From a virus (lineage: Duplodnaviria > Caudoviricetes): 33,649 nucleotides of DNA. Shown piece after piece: positions 24,485-33,649 of this stretch (its first letter is position 1; each line of letters starts with the position of its first letter). The translations under genes and the position numbers were made by a program. The stretch lies in the IMG/VR virus record IMGVR_UViG_3300040971_000128, positions 1 to 33,649 of that record. One strand, written 5' to 3'. The notes beneath the pieces were generated by a model. That model was not told where the DNA came from, ran no database searches, and saw only the letters and a program-made list of their open reading frames with translations.

Positions 24485-26400
24485 TGAGACTCCACCCAGC
24501 CACGAAATACGCGCTCGATGCGGTCGAGCAAAAGATCACCACCGGCCGCTGGGAACGCCTGGCGTGCTTGCGCCATCTGTACGACCTGGCGCGAGGTGGT
24601 CAGCTGCCCAGGGTTATCGCGCGGCGGGTGGAACTGGCAACCTCGCTGCCGGTTCCTGCCAGGGATAAAGACTGGCCATGGATATTCGACGAGGAGCAGG
24701 CCAGTTTTGTAGCTATCGATTGGTTTCGTCACCTGGTGCATGTCGAAGGCGCGCTGGCTGGCCAGCCGATCGAGTTGATTCCGGCTCATGTATTTGATCT
24801 CTCCATGATATTCGGTTGGGTCTCCAGAAACGACACAATAACGCGCACAAATGGCAGGGTGGTTGGATTACGGCGATTTGAGAAAGCGTTTGTGACAGAA
24901 GGCCGTAAAAACGCCAAAACAACGCGCGGAGCGGGAATCGGGCTGTACATGATGGTTGGCGACATGGAGGAGGGGCCTGCGGTCTACTGCACCGCGGTCG
25001 ACCGTACCCAGGCGCGCGTGCTGTACAAATATGGCAAAGTCATGGCCGAAAAAAGCCCGGATATCCGGCGCAGGCTTTATATCGGCCTGTACGAAATGCG
25101 ACATCTTCAGCGGGGCGGAGAGATGAAAGCATTTTCGGGCGAGGTCAAAAACAAAGACTCCTTTAACCCGAGCTGCGCTTTCATCGATGAGTACCATGCG
25201 CACCCGACCAGCAAACTATATGATTTGATGGCATCCGCTTTTGGTCAGCGATCGCAACCGTTGCTGTTCACAATCACGACCGCCGGCGATGACGTGGAGA
25301 GTCCCTGCCACTCTGAATATGAGTACGGCAAAATGATCATCGATGGCTCGATCAGTGATGATCCAGACACAACTAAAAACGAGAGATACTTTGTCATCAT
25401 CCGCGAAATGGACGATGATGATGATGTGCATGATTCGCGCAACTGGGTCAAGGCCAACCCGCTGCGAGGCGCTACCCCGAAGGGCATCGAGCGATTGCGC
25501 CAGCAGCACGACGAGGCATTCGGCTCGCAGGATGCCGGAAAGATCAGGATATTCACCGTAAAAAATTTAAACCGGTGGGTGCACGGCAACGAAAACAGCT
25601 ATATGGGCCGCTACATGGTTGGGGAAGGCGCGAAACCATCACGCTGGCAGCAGTTGGCCGTCTCGCGCGCCAAATTCCTTGCATTGACACGCAATGCGCT
25701 TTGTTTGGTTGGCGTGGATCTGTCAAAGAAAATCGATCTAACAGCCCTGGCCTATATTTTTATTCTGCGTGATGGCCGGATTGCGATCTCGGCACATGGA
25801 TTTATCCCTGACGCTGCGGTTACTATGCACGAGCGAACCGACAAAATCCCTTATCGAGACTGGGCAAAAGGCGGCTGGCTGACGATCACCAGCGGCGATG
25901 TGACCGATTACACCAGGCTCCAGGAACAAATACAGTTGTTGGATGGCAGTATCACGTTTAAAGAGATTAACCCGGATATGGCCAAGGCTCGCAAGATTGC
26001 CAATCATTATGCAATTGGCAACGGCTGGAAAATACACCAGATTTGCTATGACCCCTATAACGCCACTCATTTCAAAAACCAAATGGATGACCTCGGGTAT
26101 ACAACTATCGAGGTCAGACAAACGATGGCTGCCCTGAATGAGCCAACAAAGTTTTTCCGGGACAGGGTCGCTGAGAAGAGCTTGATCCATGATGGCAGCC
26201 CATTGCTGACCTGGTGTGTGGGCAATGCCCAGGAGATCGGCGATACCAAAGAAAACATTATGTTGTCAAAGAAAAAAGCCAAGGATACCCGCCGCATCGA
26301 TCTACTTGCGGCTGGTATCGATGCCCTTTACCAGGTAGAGTCGTTGCGGGCCGAGGTTAGCTATGCTGATTATGTCGATTCTGATGATTTTGGCTTTTGA
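24484..26400 (+). CDS. terL: Terminase large subunit
   Basis: GRKNAKT, FIDEYHAH, ITTAG, W.KANP, GVDLS..DLTA, YDPYNA, RID...A. Confidence 0.96.
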   Translation: MRLHPATKYALDAVEQKITTGRWERLACLRHLYDLARGGQLPRVIARRVELATSLPVPARDKDWPWIFDEEQASFVAIDWFRHLVHVEGALAGQPIELIPAHVFDLSMIFGWVSRNDTITRTNGRVVGLRRFEKAFVTEGRKNAKTTRGAGIGLYMMVGDMEEGPAVYCTAVDRTQARVLYKYGKVMAEKSPDIRRRLYIGLYEMRHLQRGGEMKAFSGEVKNKDSFNPSCAFIDEYHAHPTSKLYDLMASAFGQRSQPLLFTITTAGDDVESPCHSEYEYGKMIIDGSISDDPDTTKNERYFVIIREMDDDDDVHDSRNWVKANPLRGATPKGIERLRQQHDEAFGSQDAGKIRIFTVKNLNRWVHGNENSYMGRYMVGEGAKPSRWQQLAVSRAKFLALTRNALCLVGVDLSKKIDLTALAYIFILRDGRIAISAHGFIPDAAVTMHERTDKIPYRDWAKGGWLTITSGDVTDYTRLQEQIQLLDGSITFKEINPDMAKARKIANHYAIGNGWKIHQICYDPYNATHFKNQMDDLGYTTIEVRQTMAALNEPTKFFRDRVAEKSLIHDGSPLLTWCVGNAQEIGDTKENIMLSKKKAKDTRRIDLLAAGIDALYQVESLRAEVSYADYVDSDDFGF

Positions 26401-26412
26401 TCCTCGATTTGT

Positions 26413-26508
26413 TGTATAATAAATTTAATCAATTGAGCGCCCGCATTTGGCGGGCATTGTCGGAAGTTGCGCCCGACATCTCCAGCAATGGAGATGTCGG
26501 GCGTTTTT
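26413..26508 (+). promoter_or_regulatory. Late leader B: -10 box, small hairpin, terminator hairpin
   Basis: TATAAT 26415-26420; GCCCGC/GCGGGC stem; 16-bp stem 26469-26504 plus T run. Confidence 0.6.
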
Positions 26509-26521
26509 CGTTAAGGGCAAA

Positions 26522-26695
26522 ATGAGCAGAATCAAACCTTATTTGGATGACATCCTTTACTGGCTCGGCGCTTTTCTGCTGGCTGGGTTCTCTTGGTTTG
26601 TCTACAAGCCGCTGCCCTTGTTGGTGCTTGGCGCTTTTTGCCTGCTGTTTGCCTTTTTGATCGCGCAGAACGCAGCGAGGGAGCGGGCTAAATGA
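26522..26695 (+). CDS. Small two-TM protein between TerL and portal
   Basis: LDDILYWLGAFLL...LLVLGAFCLLFAFLI; ATGA coupling to portal. Confidence 0.7.
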   Translation: MSRIKPYLDDILYWLGAFLLAGFSWFVYKPLPLLVLGAFCLLFAFLIAQNAARERAK

Positions 26696-27912
26696 TTTTC
26701 TCCGGAGCGTTGGCAGCTTATAACCCTCCGCCTGTTGAGCAGAAACTGGAACCAGCGGTTGATGCGGGTGGGAATATTTATAGCGGTCGCGTGATGACCG
26801 AATCGAAGCAGGTTATTAGCCCGGAGACCTCGAAGCGCATTGCTGCAGTGTATCGCTGTTCTTCAGGCATTGGTGATGATATTGCATCGATGCCGCTCAA
26901 ACACATGAGTCGTGCCAGTGGATCAACTTTGCAGGTCGAGCCGGACCCGATCACGCGTAACCTGGCCTACCTGCTCGAAGTCAAACCCAACCGCTGGATG
27001 ACACCGTTTATTTTCAAACGCACGATCATGAACTGGGCCATGTTCTGGGGCAACGGGCTGATCTGGATGCCCCCGCCACCGGCGCAGCGCGAGTTGTTTA
27101 TTCTGCCAACCAGCCAGGTGCGGCTACTCCAGGATAAAGACGGCTATCTCTGGTACGAGTTGCGCCTACCCTCGCAAAAACTGAAATACCTGCCCCAGGA
27201 CGAGATCACCAACATCATGATCAACTCAACCAACGGGCTTTGGGGCCGGTCGATCTTTGAATATGCGCGCGACACAATGGGCCTGAGAGCCGGGATGTCG
27301 AAGAGTCAGTCTAGATTACAGGGCAACGGCCTAAACCCGGCAGCCTATATACAGGTAGAGGGCAGTCACGACAAGGAAGCCCGGAACAAAATCAGGGAGG
27401 CTTACACCGAGGCACTGGGCGGGGTTGATAACTCCGGCAGCCTGGCCGTGTTTGACCGCAAGGTCATCAAATTCGAACCGATCACGATGAAGCCTTCAGA
27501 CGCACAAATGCTGGAGAGCATCGAAGCGACTGACCGCGATATTGCCAATTTCTTCAAGTATCCGGAATTTAAGCTCAATATGGGTAAGCAGTCCTACGAG
27601 TCTAATGACGCGCAGGAGATCGATTATCTCAAAAGCTGCCTGGACCCGTATGCTGTGCAGTGGGAGCAGGCCGGGAGAGTCACCTGGCTTAACGAAAAAG
27701 AGCAAAAGACAGATTTCTTGCGCTTTATTCGCAGCTCGATCTTACGCACCGACCCGAAGAAACGGGCCGAGATCCATGAGATCGAAATACGCTCAGGCAC
27801 GTTGAAACCGAACGAAGCCCGGGCGCATGAAGACCGCAACAGCTACCCTGAAGGCGATAAATTTTATATGACCAAGAATTACGGCGAAATTGGAGCAAAA
27901 ACCGATGATTAG
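26692..27912 (+). CDS. Portal protein, HK97 family
   Basis: AVYRC...I.DDIASMPL, KPN.WMT, GNG, IANFF..P, PNEAR..ED. Confidence 0.95.
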   Translation: MIFSGALAAYNPPPVEQKLEPAVDAGGNIYSGRVMTESKQVISPETSKRIAAVYRCSSGIGDDIASMPLKHMSRASGSTLQVEPDPITRNLAYLLEVKPNRWMTPFIFKRTIMNWAMFWGNGLIWMPPPPAQRELFILPTSQVRLLQDKDGYLWYELRLPSQKLKYLPQDEITNIMINSTNGLWGRSIFEYARDTMGLRAGMSKSQSRLQGNGLNPAAYIQVEGSHDKEARNKIREAYTEALGGVDNSGSLAVFDRKVIKFEPITMKPSDAQMLESIEATDRDIANFFKYPEFKLNMGKQSYESNDAQEIDYLKSCLDPYAVQWEQAGRVTWLNEKEQKTDFLRFIRSSILRTDPKKRAEIHEIEIRSGTLKPNEARAHEDRNSYPEGDKFYMTKNYGEIGAKTDD

Positions 27913-28867
27913 TAGATCGTATGTTCTGCGTGCATTTGTCGAATCACCCTGGGCCATACTTCCCAGCACGCTGGCCGTGCTGGATGAAATTGTCACCCGC
28001 CATGTTTATGGCGAAAAGCTCGAAGCCGAAGAGATCCAGGCGCGGATCGGTGGCGGCAGCAGCCGTCCGACTGGCCGCAGGGTCCACAATGTAGCAATTT
28101 TGCCGTTGTTTGGCACAATCGTTGGACGTGGCAACATGATGACAGATGTATCTGGCGCCAGCAGCGCTGAGCGCTTCGCAGCTGATTTTGATGCACTGGT
28201 CAAAGATCCAGAGATTGGGGCGATTGTCATCGATGTTGATAGCCCAGGCGGCCAGGTGCGCGGGATCGAAGAGCTGGCACGCCAGATTTATGACGCGCGT
28301 GGCAGTAAGCCGATCGTCTCGATTGCAAATCATAGTATGGCATCCGCTGCCTACTGGATTGGCAGCGCAGCCGATGAAATTGTTGTCACGCCATCTGGCG
28401 AGGTTGGCTCGATCGGCGTTTTAGGCGTGCATCGAGACATTAGCGGAGCCGAAGCCCGTGACGGCGTCAAAACGACCGTTATTTCGCAAGGCAAATACAA
28501 AACTGAAGCAAATCAATTCGAGCCATTGAGTGAGGAAGCCCGGGCGGCTTTGCAGGCGCGCATCGATGAGATTTATGAGCAGTTTGTCGAGGCCGTTGCC
28601 CGCAATCGCGGGGTTGAGATCGAGACTGTCCGGTCTGGTTTTGGCGAAGGTCGCATGGTCAGCGCGCGCAAGGCGGTTGAGATGGGTATGGCGGATCGGG
28701 TGGATACGCTTAACGGCACGCTCTCACGTTTACTCGGCACATCCGAGTTCGCTACCAAAACGATCCGTGCCGAAAATTTAGAAAATCAGGTGGCGTCCAG
28801 CGCGCCGCTGTCAGATTTGGCGCACCAGGCTAAACGCCTGCGCGACTATGTCCAGATACACAAATAA
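27905..28867 (+). CDS. Prohead protease, S49/SppA family
   Basis: DVDSPGG, MASAAYWIGS, GSIGV, GKYK. Confidence 0.93.
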   Translation: MISRSYVLRAFVESPWAILPSTLAVLDEIVTRHVYGEKLEAEEIQARIGGGSSRPTGRRVHNVAILPLFGTIVGRGNMMTDVSGASSAERFAADFDALVKDPEIGAIVIDVDSPGGQVRGIEELARQIYDARGSKPIVSIANHSMASAAYWIGSAADEIVVTPSGEVGSIGVLGVHRDISGAEARDGVKTTVISQGKYKTEANQFEPLSEEARAALQARIDEIYEQFVEAVARNRGVEIETVRSGFGEGRMVSARKAVEMGMADRVDTLNGTLSRLLGTSEFATKTIRAENLENQVASSAPLSDLAHQAKRLRDYVQIHK

Positions 28868-28881
28868 GGAGTTAACCAACC

Positions 28882-29250
28882 ATGACCAATCTGAAATCTA
28901 TCCTTGATGCGGCTCGCGCCGCAGACGATGAAGTAAAGCGCATCCTGGCTGAAATGGATGAAAGCTTTGCCCTGGATACCGAGGATGGCACGGCACACGC
29001 GCTCGATTTGCGCCCCTCGCTGGACGAGGCCAAAAAGAAAGCCGGTGAACTCAATCAGCTGTACGCAAGCATGCGAGATGCGTCCAGCGTGACCGAGAAC
29101 GCCGCTGCCCTGTTCGTGCCCCCTGCCGATCCTGCCGAAGAAACATCTGCCGGCAACGGCCCCAAGACCATGAATCGGGCCGCCTTTGCAAGCCTTGATC
29201 CGAACGCCAAGATGCAGTTCATGCAGGCGGGCGGCAGGCTCGAAGACTAA
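28882..29250 (+). CDS. Putative scaffolding protein
   Basis: Acidic helical protein between protease and capsid; C-terminal M.RAAF.SL......F...GG. Confidence 0.65.
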   Translation: MTNLKSILDAARAADDEVKRILAEMDESFALDTEDGTAHALDLRPSLDEAKKKAGELNQLYASMRDASSVTENAAALFVPPADPAEETSAGNGPKTMNRAAFASLDPNAKMQFMQAGGRLED

Positions 29251-29280
29251 CGACTATTTACGAAAGCGAGGTAATTTATT

Positions 29281-30417
29281 ATGGCTAACACCCTGACCAA
29301 CCTGATCCCGGACGCATACGCGGCGCTTGATGTCGTGTCGCGCGAGCTGACAGGCTTTATCCCATCGGTGGCGCGTGATGTGTCGACCGACCGCGTGGCT
29401 GTTGGACAAACCGTGCGCGTGACCCAGGTCCCGCCCAACGCTGCCGGCTTCGACGCCACCCCGGCCATGACGCTGCCCACTGCGGCCTACCAGACGATCG
29501 GCAACAAGTCATTCACCCTGACCAAAAGCCGCGCGTTCCCCTTCTCCTGGACGGGCGAAGAGCAGTACGCGATGGATCGCGGCCCCGGCTTTTTGACCAT
29601 TCGCCAGGACCAGATCGCCCAGGCCATCCGCGCCGCGGTCAACGAAATGGAAACCGATCTGGCCGTTGTTTCCTACAAGGGCGCGTCCCGCGCCTGGGGA
29701 ACTGCCGGGACAACCCCGTTTGCGTCGGATCTGTCTGACCCGGCCAACATCAAGAAGATACTTGATGACAACGGCGCCCCGCCCAGCGACCGGCACATGA
29801 CGATCAACACCACCGCGGGCGCAAAACTGCGCACCCTTGGCCAGTTGACCAAAGCCAACGAAGCGGCTGACGCGACTCTGCTGCGCCAGGGCAACCTGCT
29901 CGATCTGCACGGCTTCATGATCCGCGAGAGCGCCAAGGTGCAAAACCATACCAAGGGCACCGGCACTGGCTATGTGGTAGATGGCGCGCACGCTGTTGGC
30001 GCGACCACGATCGCAGCCAAAACCGGTAGTAATACCATCCTGGCCGGTGATGTTGTTGTCTTCGAAGACGACACCAACATGTACGTAGTTGCCAGCGCCC
30101 TGAGCGGCGGAACGTTTACGATCAACGCGCCCGGGCTGCTGAAAGCCCAAGTTGATGGCAAGACCATCACCGTTGGCGCCAACTACGCTGCCAACCTGGG
30201 CTACACCCGCAACGCGGTTGTACTGGGTACGCGTTTGCGCGCGATCCCGCCCGAAGGTGATCTGGCCATCGATCGCGAGATCATCACCGACCCGCGCACC
30301 GGCATCTCGCTTGAACTTGCGATTTATCCCGGTTTCGGCATGAACACGTATATCGTGGCCGTGGCCTGGGGCGTTGCAGTGCTCAAGCCCGAACACATGG
30401 CTCTCTTGCTCGGTTAG
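29281..30417 (+). CDS. Major capsid protein (P22-coat-like family)
   Basis: MANTLTNLIPD..AALDVVSREL.GFIP; WG...LKPEH...LLG end; position in head module. Confidence 0.9.
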   Translation: MANTLTNLIPDAYAALDVVSRELTGFIPSVARDVSTDRVAVGQTVRVTQVPPNAAGFDATPAMTLPTAAYQTIGNKSFTLTKSRAFPFSWTGEEQYAMDRGPGFLTIRQDQIAQAIRAAVNEMETDLAVVSYKGASRAWGTAGTTPFASDLSDPANIKKILDDNGAPPSDRHMTINTTAGAKLRTLGQLTKANEAADATLLRQGNLLDLHGFMIRESAKVQNHTKGTGTGYVVDGAHAVGATTIAAKTGSNTILAGDVVVFEDDTNMYVVASALSGGTFTINAPGLLKAQVDGKTITVGANYAANLGYTRNAVVLGTRLRAIPPEGDLAIDREIITDPRTGISLELAIYPGFGMNTYIVAVAWGVAVLKPEHMALLLG

Positions 30418-30476
30418 GCGTTCAAAACTTGATTTCAATCCCCCGGTATAAGCCGGGGGATGAAGCAGGAGGGCGT

Positions 30477-31517
30477 ATGTCAGCAGTTTGGATGACGAAA
30501 AGCGGCGAGGATTTGCTGGTCAACGAGGCCACAGTCGCCGATCACGAAAAGCTTGGATGGACGCGCAAGAAAATTGCGATCTCGGATGATGGGCAAAGCC
30601 TGGGTATCCCCAGCGGGAGCGCTGTCAATTACCAAATTGGCGCGACCGTGCTGGAGCTTTTACAGGTTGCCCATTATCAGAGCATGCCTGTGGCGGCCAG
30701 CGCCGTTGGTGTCCACGCAGCTGTGCCGTTGACCGATGAGATCCAGATCGTCGTGAGCGGAATTACATCCCCGGATGTCCCGCGCACGATCACCGTCAAG
30801 GGCAACACCAGCGGCATGAGCGGCGATGTATTGGTCACCGGGCGCAATGTGCATGGCCAGGCGATCAATGACACAATTGCCCTGGACGGAACGACCGAAG
30901 TTGAAGGCGTCAGGGCGTTTGACTCTGTAATCGGGATCGCTTTACCCGAAGAAACGCATACCCCAACTGCCCAGGTCGAAACGGCAACCGCCGCAGGCAC
31001 CATCACCGGCTCAGGGAACGCAAGTGTTGTCGTAACAGCGGCTGGTATGACAGGCACTCCAAAGACAATCGCTGTAGCTGTTTTGGAAAACGACACGGCG
31101 GCAGTCTGGGCCGGGAAAGTGCGCACAGCTCTCGGCAACGATGCGGCTGTGGCGGCTTTGTTCACCGTCGGCGGCGAGGGCGCGGCAATCGTGCTGACCC
31201 GCAAAACACCCGCCGCGAATGATGCGACTCTCAATATTGCCCTAGATAACGGCACCTGCACCGGCATCACCACCGCAGCCACCTCAGCCAATACCACCGC
31301 AGGTGTTGGCTACGATACCGTCAGTATCGGGATAGGCAATAAGTTTGGCATGCCCAACCCACTTGGCCTTGCATCATTGCTGCTTGTGAAATTATTCGAC
31401 GGATCCGCCGATGATGGCACGCTGAGCGTTGACCCTGCCGAGGTTGATAAAAACCTTTATGCCGTCGATGGCACACCCAACGGTGAGAAGGCTATCGACC
31501 TGTATTATTTGCAATAA
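30477..31517 (+). CDS. Putative structural/decoration protein
   Basis: After capsid; Ala/Thr/Gly-rich; PDVPRTITV...VTG motif; AGGAGG RBS before ATG 30477. Confidence 0.65.
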   Translation: MSAVWMTKSGEDLLVNEATVADHEKLGWTRKKIAISDDGQSLGIPSGSAVNYQIGATVLELLQVAHYQSMPVAASAVGVHAAVPLTDEIQIVVSGITSPDVPRTITVKGNTSGMSGDVLVTGRNVHGQAINDTIALDGTTEVEGVRAFDSVIGIALPEETHTPTAQVETATAAGTITGSGNASVVVTAAGMTGTPKTIAVAVLENDTAAVWAGKVRTALGNDAAVAALFTVGGEGAAIVLTRKTPAANDATLNIALDNGTCTGITTAATSANTTAGVGYDTVSIGIGNKFGMPNPLGLASLLLVKLFDGSADDGTLSVDPAEVDKNLYAVDGTPNGEKAIDLYYLQ

Positions 31518-31532
31518 AAAAAGGAGTCTTTG

Positions 31533-31787
31533 ATGGCTAACCCGAAATCGAAAGATGAAAAACCGAAAGCCGAATCTGCCGCGCCGGCGCGCAAGTCAAC
31601 AAAAGTACCATCAGGGCTGGTACGCGTTACTAAGGACGGTGAGACGATCGACATTTCGCCGCGCACCCTGGAAAACCACCAGCAGCTGGGCTGGATTCTG
31701 GTCGATGGCAGCCTGCCAGCAGCCCCGGTCGATGCTGCATCGGAGTCTGACTCCGATGATGAACCAAGCGAAGAAACTCCCGAATAG
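31533..31787 (+). CDS. Small head-module protein
   Basis: AAGGAG RBS; TKDGE......LENHQQLGW motif. Confidence 0.7.
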   Translation: MANPKSKDEKPKAESAAPARKSTKVPSGLVRVTKDGETIDISPRTLENHQQLGWILVDGSLPAAPVDAASESDSDDEPSEETPE

Positions 31788-31798
31788 CCTCCTCAAGG

Positions 31799-31830
31799 CG
31801 GTCTGGCAGGTCTAACAGCCTGCCAGACCG
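31799..31830 (+). terminator. GC-rich hairpin after capsid-associated genes
   Basis: CGGTCTGGCAGG-N8-CCTGCCAGACCG; no + strand U-tract. Confidence 0.45.
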
Positions 31831-31844
31831 AAAATAATCAGACT

Positions 31845-32348
31845 ATGCCTACTATCCTGACCGCCGCTGAAGCCGCCGATGTACTACGGCTCGAAGTCAA
31901 CAACCCGGACATGCTTAACTTGCTGCCGCTGGTTGATTCGTACATCCAAAACGCTAGCGGGCGTGATTGGGCAGCAGATAGCAGCATCCATCCGACGGCA
32001 AAGGCTGCCGCGCGCATTTTGCTGGTGCAATGGTTCGAAAATCCTGGGCAGTTTGGGCCAGGCAGCACGCCACCTTATGGTTTCCAGGCCGTTGTCGGGC
32101 AACTCGAAGCGATCGCGCTGCAAACAAAGCTTTTTACAGGCCGCAACGGGGCCGGATTTTTCAGCCTGCAAGGCGTTCGTATTGGCGAGCGATTGCGCGA
32201 TGTAGTAGGTGTGATCGGCGCATCTGGCGACCACTCTGCCGCGTTTGCATCGATGATTACGGTCAATGACCAGGTGCAGCAAATCTCCAACGCAGACCTG
32301 TCTGAGAGTTATTTCCAGGCGCGTTTTGTGCCCCTGGGAGCGCGCTGA
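31845..32348 (+). CDS. Head-tail connector (gp6-like) with C-terminal extension
   Basis: LT..EA..VLR...YIQNASGR...AK.AA.ILLVQWFENP. Confidence 0.82.
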   Translation: MPTILTAAEAADVLRLEVNNPDMLNLLPLVDSYIQNASGRDWAADSSIHPTAKAAARILLVQWFENPGQFGPGSTPPYGFQAVVGQLEAIALQTKLFTGRNGAGFFSLQGVRIGERLRDVVGVIGASGDHSAAFASMITVNDQVQQISNADLSESYFQARFVPLGAR

Positions 32349-32617
32349 TGTTCCAGCAAGGCGACCTGGCGCGGATTAAGTCTGATGTCGGGTTTGCGCT
32401 TGTTTTACCAGATGGCAGGCGATTGGTGTTGCATGGCCAGCTGGTGAAAGTCCTTGATATAAAAAATTACACGATCATGGGCCTGCGCTCGACCAGTATC
32501 GTTTTTCAGCCTTATCCCTGGGGATTTGAGCCAGACGCGTACCCAAGCAGTTGGGAAGCGTCAGAAAGATATTTCGAACCATGCGACTCGGCGACAGCGG
32601 CGAAAACGGAAAAATAA
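32348..32617 (+). CDS. Hypothetical protein inserted in neck module
   Basis: TGATG coupling; MF..GDLARI N-terminus. Confidence 0.55.
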   Translation: MFQQGDLARIKSDVGFALVLPDGRRLVLHGQLVKVLDIKNYTIMGLRSTSIVFQPYPWGFEPDAYPSSWEASERYFEPCDSATAAKTEK

Positions 32618-32946
32618 GCAACCCGGGCGAGCTGCGCACTAAGATCACGCTCGAGTCTCCAACGATTGCATCCGATGCGGGCGGCGCGCAGCGCAAGACC
32701 TACACCAGCCAGGGCACAGTCTGGGCCAAGTGGGTCAATGCACACGGGCAGGAATCGATCCAGGATGGCGCGCTTCAGCAGTTCCTGCGCGCGACCGTCA
32801 CCATCCGTTACCGCAGCGACGTTACAGCGGGTTGGGCCGTCAGCAAGGGCGGGCTGCGCTACGAGATTATCGCCCCGCCGGATGACATCCGCGAAAAGCA
32901 CGAATACCTGGAGCTTCAGGTGCAGCAAATGCGAGGATCGTCCTAA
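32581..32946 (+). CDS. Head closure protein (SPP1 gp16-like)
   Basis: NPGELRTKITL...TVWA...TIRYR.DVT...RYEI; probable start ATG 32581. Confidence 0.88.
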   Translation: MRLGDSGENGKISNPGELRTKITLESPTIASDAGGAQRKTYTSQGTVWAKWVNAHGQESIQDGALQQFLRATVTIRYRSDVTAGWAVSKGGLRYEIIAPPDDIREKHEYLELQVQQMRGSS

Positions 32947-33350
32947 TGGCTAATGCAACTTTGAGCACAAAGGGCCTCGATAAATATCTGGAGCAGGTTG
33001 CCGAAGTCGAAGCATTATTCCCGGAGAATGTTGGTGAATCTTTATTAGATGGCGCAGATGTTGTGCTTGGTGAAATGCAAGAGATTGTTCGCCAAAGAAC
33101 TGGTAACTTGCACGATCATCTCAAAATAAAAGGCCCAACTAACGAAGGAACATTTATTTTTGTGGAAATCGGACTAATCCAAGATAGCACCAACGAAGAA
33201 ACCAGACGTTATGGCATGGTCATCGAATTTGGATCATCCAGTGTCAGACCGGAATCCTACATTCGTGCAGGCACTGAAAAAAGCAAGGCAGCCTGGCGAA
33301 AAGCAGTCATCAGTGCGCTGCAAAGCAAAACGGGTCTGGAGTTCAAATAA
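32946..33350 (+). CDS. HK97 gp10-like tail completion protein
   Basis: GLD..L...RTGNL...YG..IEFGSS...P..YIR. Confidence 0.85.
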   Translation: MANATLSTKGLDKYLEQVAEVEALFPENVGESLLDGADVVLGEMQEIVRQRTGNLHDHLKIKGPTNEGTFIFVEIGLIQDSTNEETRRYGMVIEFGSSSVRPESYIRAGTEKSKAAWRKAVISALQSKTGLEFK

Positions 33351-33649
33351 TGGACATTTTTGAGCGCACCAAAACGGCCCTGGCTACACTTTCGCCCATT
33401 CCCGTGGCGATGGATCGCATGTTATTTACCAGCGCGCCTCCTGACACCTATATTATCTGCGATCTGATCGTCAGCAACCCCAGCCTGCACCTGGACGATG
33501 CAGAAAAAGGCAGGCAAGACCGGGTGCAGGTAACGATTTTCAATCGTACCGGCCTCGAGAACCTGCCAAATGTAGACGGCGCCATGTTGGCGGCAGGCTT
33601 TACAAAATCAGCAATGCGTCAGATCGACGTGGGTGCCCAGAGCAGCCAC
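33350..33649 (+). CDS. 5' part of putative tail terminator (continues to base 175 on the circle, 115 aa)
   Basis: MDIFERTKTALATL...PDTYI...DD.E....RVQVTIF; TAATG coupling; syntenic before tail tube. Confidence 0.7.
   Translation, partial: MDIFERTKTALATLSPIPVAMDRMLFTSAPPDTYIICDLIVSNPSLHLDDAEKGRQDRVQVTIFNRTGLENLPNVDGAMLAAGFTKSAMRQIDVGAQSSH
33523..33649. repeat. Terminal overlap identical to 1-127
   Basis: Exact match. Confidence 0.97.

Noticed and set aside
29509-30438. Long antisense ORFs (also 17302-18024, 7034-7660, 5336-5947, 22723-23355)
   Set aside because: Shadows of well-supported genes in GC-rich DNA, no motifs
33523-33649. Biological terminal direct repeat
   Set aside because: 127 nt equals a common assembler k-mer, lies mid-gene, and HNH/P27 terminase points to cos ends elsewhere

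Overview
The window is a complete, circularly assembled temperate siphovirus genome of about 33,522 bp; bases 1-127 repeat 33523-33649 as assembly overlap. Late region: HNH, P27-type TerS, TerL, HK97-type portal, S49 protease, scaffold, P22-coat-like capsid, head-tail genes, phi13-type major tail protein, tail chaperone with a -1 frameshift, tape measure, Dit, hub and fibre. Lysogeny region: a tyrosine integrase next to an intact attP that matches the 3' half of a tRNA-Lys(TTT). The most unusual part is a translationally coupled early operon (12192-18025): ParB-like protein, two-TM protein, lipoprotein/TM protein, FtsK/SpoIIIE ATPase whose gene ends in eight phase-shifted GACCAGCC repeats, actin-like ParM, a ParR-like protein and a paired palindrome. 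This resembles the Streptomyces TraB/clt dsDNA-transfer system joined to plasmid partition genes inside a virion-producing phage. Also present are four dispersed parS-like palindromes (GTTTC-N4-GAAAC), a replication initiator with a C2H2 finger, a C-terminal DnaA domain I and an internal origin, and two related structured late leaders. I could not recognise an endolysin or a CI repressor. A filamentous Chloroflexota (Anaerolineae-like) host is only my guess. All family assignments are by-eye motif recognition; no searches were run.
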